Part shown: positions 61,045-64,000 of the stretch, piece by piece | Layout: the number at the start of each line of letters is the position of its first letter | How positions within the stretch are numbered: the stretch's first letter is position 1 | Source of the DNA: Patescibacteria group bacterium | GTDB lineage: Bacteria > Patescibacteriota > Minisyncoccia > Phycocordibacterales > UBA918 | Direction of reading: 5' to 3' | Assembly: GCA_040386275.1 (NCBI GenBank) | Contig: JAZKFU010000008.1 | Location: 6,853 to 70,852 of the forward strand | DNA length: 64,000 nt | Notes under the pieces: model-generated | What the model was told of the DNA's origin: nothing | Database searches by the model: none | What the model saw: only the letters and a program-made list of their open reading frames with translations | Made by a program: the position numbers and the translations under genes

Positions 61045-61959
61045 ATGAATAAATATATATTTACGTTAGCGTGTATTCCACTGGTACTTGGTATGGTAAT
61101 CATTCCAAATGCTGCCCTAGCCGATAATAGTAAAAGTTACGGTAATGGTAAGGCACATCAAAACCAGATGAATCCGTATCACCAATCAAATCTGGTTAAA
61201 CAAAACAAGAATAAATACAATTATTACTATGCTTCGCAGGATCAACAAGTAGCTCAGCTGTATGCACTACTTGCTCAATTGCAAGCCCAATTAGCAGCCT
61301 TACAAGGTAATATTCCAAATTATCAAGGCGGAAATAGTAGTACTCGTGACATTAGTCGTGTAATTACAGGGGGAGTAGAAGCTGATGAAGATGATAATTC
61401 TGTATGGTTTGACGGTGAAGTAGTGTTCGCTCGCGATGCTGAAGCTCGGGTGTGGTTTGAATATGGAACTAACACCAATATGCCATACAGTACCGCTTCA
61501 ATTAGTATTGATGGCGATGCTCGAGAAACCCAAGAGTTTGAACTCGAAGCGACTAATCTCGACGATGATGGAACGTATTACTACCGCTTGGTAGCCGAAG
61601 ATGAGGACGGTGATTATGCTGAAGGAGTTATTAAATCATTCCGTTTTGACAGTCGAAACGATGATGACGACGATGATGATGACAACAACGATTGGTCACT
61701 TGAAATCGATGATGACATGTATGAAACCGGTGACAATGTACGCGTTGATTACGAAGTAGAGGATGAAGACAATGACAACTGGATTGGACTATACGAAACA
61801 GGAGATAATGATGACGACTACATTTCTCGAGTCTACGTTGATGATGAAGAAGGATACGTAAACTTCCGTGTGAATAACGAAGGAGAATACGAATTCCGAC
61901 TCTTTGACGAAGATGATGACGAACAAGCTACTAGTGATGAATTTGAAGTAGAGGATTAA
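61045..61959 (+). CDS. Secreted highly acidic protein with FN3-like domains
   Basis: Signal peptide; VWFEYG, L....YYYR.VAE; Asp/Glu-rich C-terminal half. Confidence 0.75.
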   Translation: MNKYIFTLACIPLVLGMVIIPNAALADNSKSYGNGKAHQNQMNPYHQSNLVKQNKNKYNYYYASQDQQVAQLYALLAQLQAQLAALQGNIPNYQGGNSSTRDISRVITGGVEADEDDNSVWFDGEVVFARDAEARVWFEYGTNTNMPYSTASISIDGDARETQEFELEATNLDDDGTYYYRLVAEDEDGDYAEGVIKSFRFDSRNDDDDDDDDNNDWSLEIDDDMYETGDNVRVDYEVEDEDNDNWIGLYETGDNDDDYISRVYVDDEEGYVNFRVNNEGEYEFRLFDEDDDEQATSDEFEVED

Positions 61960-62034
61960 TCACTTCACACAAAAAAAGCGCGACTCTATGGGCCGCGTTT
62001 TTTTGTGGTTGCTTTATTAGTAATAATGAATAGT

Positions 62035-63054
62035 TTATTGAGGATGGGCAAAGTGCACTACCATATAGATATTGGTATCATCAAACGTTACGCCAATACC
62101 TTGATGCGTGAACGCTGTAGAGAGTAGATTTTTGCGGTGGCCGGCACTCTTTTGCCATTGCGTCATAAAATAGTTAGCAATGTACTCAACGCTTGGTTGT
62201 TCCTCGTAGGTCATCATGGCGAGGTTTTCACCCCAGGCGTCTGCTTCGTAGCCTTTGTTTAGAAAGCGACAACTAATATCACAGCCTTTCTTGTCGGTAT
62301 GAGAAAGAAATGAATGGGTAAATAAATACGCGCTGTATTGCGTCGCATTGCGGGCTAGCGCGGTATCTATAGAGAGCGGGGAACGTTTATTACGTTTTCG
62401 AAATTCATTGGTTTGCTTTTCTATCTCTGCAATCAGAGCTTGTTTAAAATCTGCGGTGGGGGCAGGAACACTTGTTGTTCGAGCTGGTTTGTTAGTGTTG
62501 GGCTTAACGGTAGTCTTGGTGGTAAGCGGTGCTTTTGTGGCGTTTGGAACAGTAGTTGCAGTAGTGGTAGCGATAAGAACAACCGGTGTGCTTATTGGTG
62601 TAATAATAATGGTAGCTTCGCTTTCTGAAGTATTTACGAGCGTAAACGTATAGTCTGACGTTTGAAATTTGGTCGTGCGAACTGAACCCAGTACCACGGT
62701 ATCGCTCGTGGTGCCTGTTTTAGTTTGAATTAAAAATTCCGGCGCCAGTTCACCGGCCCAGATACATTGTACTTCCGGTTTGCAACGGGAATCGCTAATA
62801 GCTCGGAGGGTAATCATGCTCCCGTCGGGATATATGTTAGTCGCACCAATTTTGTAGGTTATGGGAACGGTAAACGGTTGATTGTTCGGCGTGGGAGGTA
62901 CGGGGGTAGTTTGTTCAACAATGGGTGGTGTTACCGTTGCTACAAGATACGGAGTAGGGGGTGTGGTAGTCGTTGGTTTAATTTCACTTAAAAAGGCTAC
63001 TGACGTAATCAGTGCAAGGAAACAACATCCCATAACAATGGCCACTGTTTTCAT
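62035..63054 (-). CDS. CAP (SCP) domain surface protein
   Basis: N..R, GENLA, W..S.GH..NLL; DSRC....QCIWAG domain. Confidence 0.88.
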   Translation of the reverse strand: MKTVAIVMGCCFLALITSVAFLSEIKPTTTTPPTPYLVATVTPPIVEQTTPVPPTPNNQPFTVPITYKIGATNIYPDGSMITLRAISDSRCKPEVQCIWAGELAPEFLIQTKTGTTSDTVVLGSVRTTKFQTSDYTFTLVNTSESEATIIITPISTPVVLIATTTATTVPNATKAPLTTKTTVKPNTNKPARTTSVPAPTADFKQALIAEIEKQTNEFRKRNKRSPLSIDTALARNATQYSAYLFTHSFLSHTDKKGCDISCRFLNKGYEADAWGENLAMMTYEEQPSVEYIANYFMTQWQKSAGHRKNLLSTAFTHQGIGVTFDDTNIYMVVHFAHPQ

Positions 63055-63144
63055 TCCAATTAGTATATCATTTCCACCCACTGAACCGTTTACCACATAC
63101 TAAAAGCCCGCGTACGCGGGCTTTTAGGGGTATTTATGGGCTGA

Positions 63145-63642
63145 TTAGATTGCTTTGATGTAGAATCCTTCGCTTCCATAGAGGGTATACGTCCCGTCGG
63201 CCATTACTTGCGCGTACACTTCCACTTGTTTACCAATGTGTTGTTCCAAATCGCCAAAACCTTCGACTCCCATTACTTTACCAACAATATCAGTACTAAA
63301 ACCAATAAGTGCGGTTACTTTTTTACCATCAACCACTACAAAACATTCACCGTCAGCAAAACATCCGGTATCTACTTTTGTGAGCGTTCCGGTAAAGGTG
63401 TCGGCTTTTAGTTTGCCGTCTGGTGACGTTGTTGTGACAGTAGTGGTACTGTTCGTGGTTACTGATAATCCCGAATTTTCATCCATGGTTGATTCTGATC
63501 CTGATTGTGGAATGGTGGTAGCAGTGTCAGTACTTGAACTCATGGTGTTAAGCGTTTCGGCAGTATCTTTGGTACCACCCAGCACTAATATTAATCCCAG
63601 CACAACAATAATAATGGCTCCTAAAATTAAAATATTTTTCAT
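63145..63642 (-). CDS. Membrane-anchored hypothetical protein
   Basis: N-terminal TM, Ser/Thr linker, GCFADGEC domain. Confidence 0.7.
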   Translation of the reverse strand: MKNILILGAIIIVVLGLILVLGGTKDTAETLNTMSSSTDTATTIPQSGSESTMDENSGLSVTTNSTTTVTTTSPDGKLKADTFTGTLTKVDTGCFADGECFVVVDGKKVTALIGFSTDIVGKVMGVEGFGDLEQHIGKQVEVYAQVMADGTYTLYGSEGFYIKAI

Positions 63643-63800
63643 ATCTCTTATTATCGCACACGCCAACAAGCGAGCCTAGAAAGTGCTTCAGGAGGACGTT
63701 TTAACGGTACGTTTAGCTGTATCGCAAAAGTAAATTAGGTAGCTGTCAAAGTATCTATTCGTGGCTTGCTCCAAGTACACGGTACGTTTACAATAGATGC

Positions 63801-64000
63801 ATGATATATACAACCACCCCGACACTACAGGGAAAAACCATCACCGCGTATAAAGGCATTGTAACCGGAGAAACTATTTTTGGTGCCAATGTCGTAAAAG
63901 ATATTATGGCAAGTATTCGAGATTTGGTGGGTGGGCGATCAACGACCTACGAAAAAACTATTATTGACGCACGCGAAGCTTCGTTCAAAGAAATTCAAGA
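63801..64000 (+). CDS. YbjQ/UPF0145 heavy-metal-binding family protein (3' truncated)
   Basis: MI.TTTP.L.GK.I..Y.GIV.GE...GAN...D..A.IRD.VGGRS. Confidence 0.9.
   Translation, partial: MIYTTTPTLQGKTITAYKGIVTGETIFGANVVKDIMASIRDLVGGRSTTYEKTIIDAREASFKEIQ

Overview
Chromosomal segment of what looks like a Patescibacteria (CPR, Parcubacteria-type) genome. The taxonomy is inferred from gene style: degenerate PriA, stand-alone VirD4-like ATPase, XRE-MurA fusion, two mreB copies and core genes without Shine-Dalgarno sites. The core content is pgi (partial), a full F1Fo ATP synthase operon, mutM, fmt/def, priA, murA, mreB x2/mreC/mreD-like/pbp2, frr, rseP, proS, greA, lysS, mraZ-rsmH-ftsL-ftsI, murF and several surface/secreted proteins. 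Less ordinary features: (1) about 10 full-length plus several decayed copies of a ~125-bp palindromic intergenic element with ERIC-like architecture, usually starting at a stop codon; (2) a second ~80-bp structured element nested inside two of them and also sitting next to a duplicated tRNA 5' end; (3) a tRNA-Asn(GUU) split inside the anticodon by a 251-nt group I intron and followed by tRNA-derived structured repeats; (4) an AT-rich membrane-protein gene inside the atp operon flanked by a perfect 22-bp direct repeat; (5) an AT-rich defence island (IrrE/ImmA-like protein lacking HExxH, PIN-like protein, Shedu-like nuclease); (6) about 12 self-contained orphan genes with promoter, strong SD and terminator, contrasting with near-leaderless core genes; (7) an unannotated 38-aa peptide and LysRS both ending in CxxCEG. 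All calls were made by eye; repeat and terminator boundaries are approximate to a few bases.
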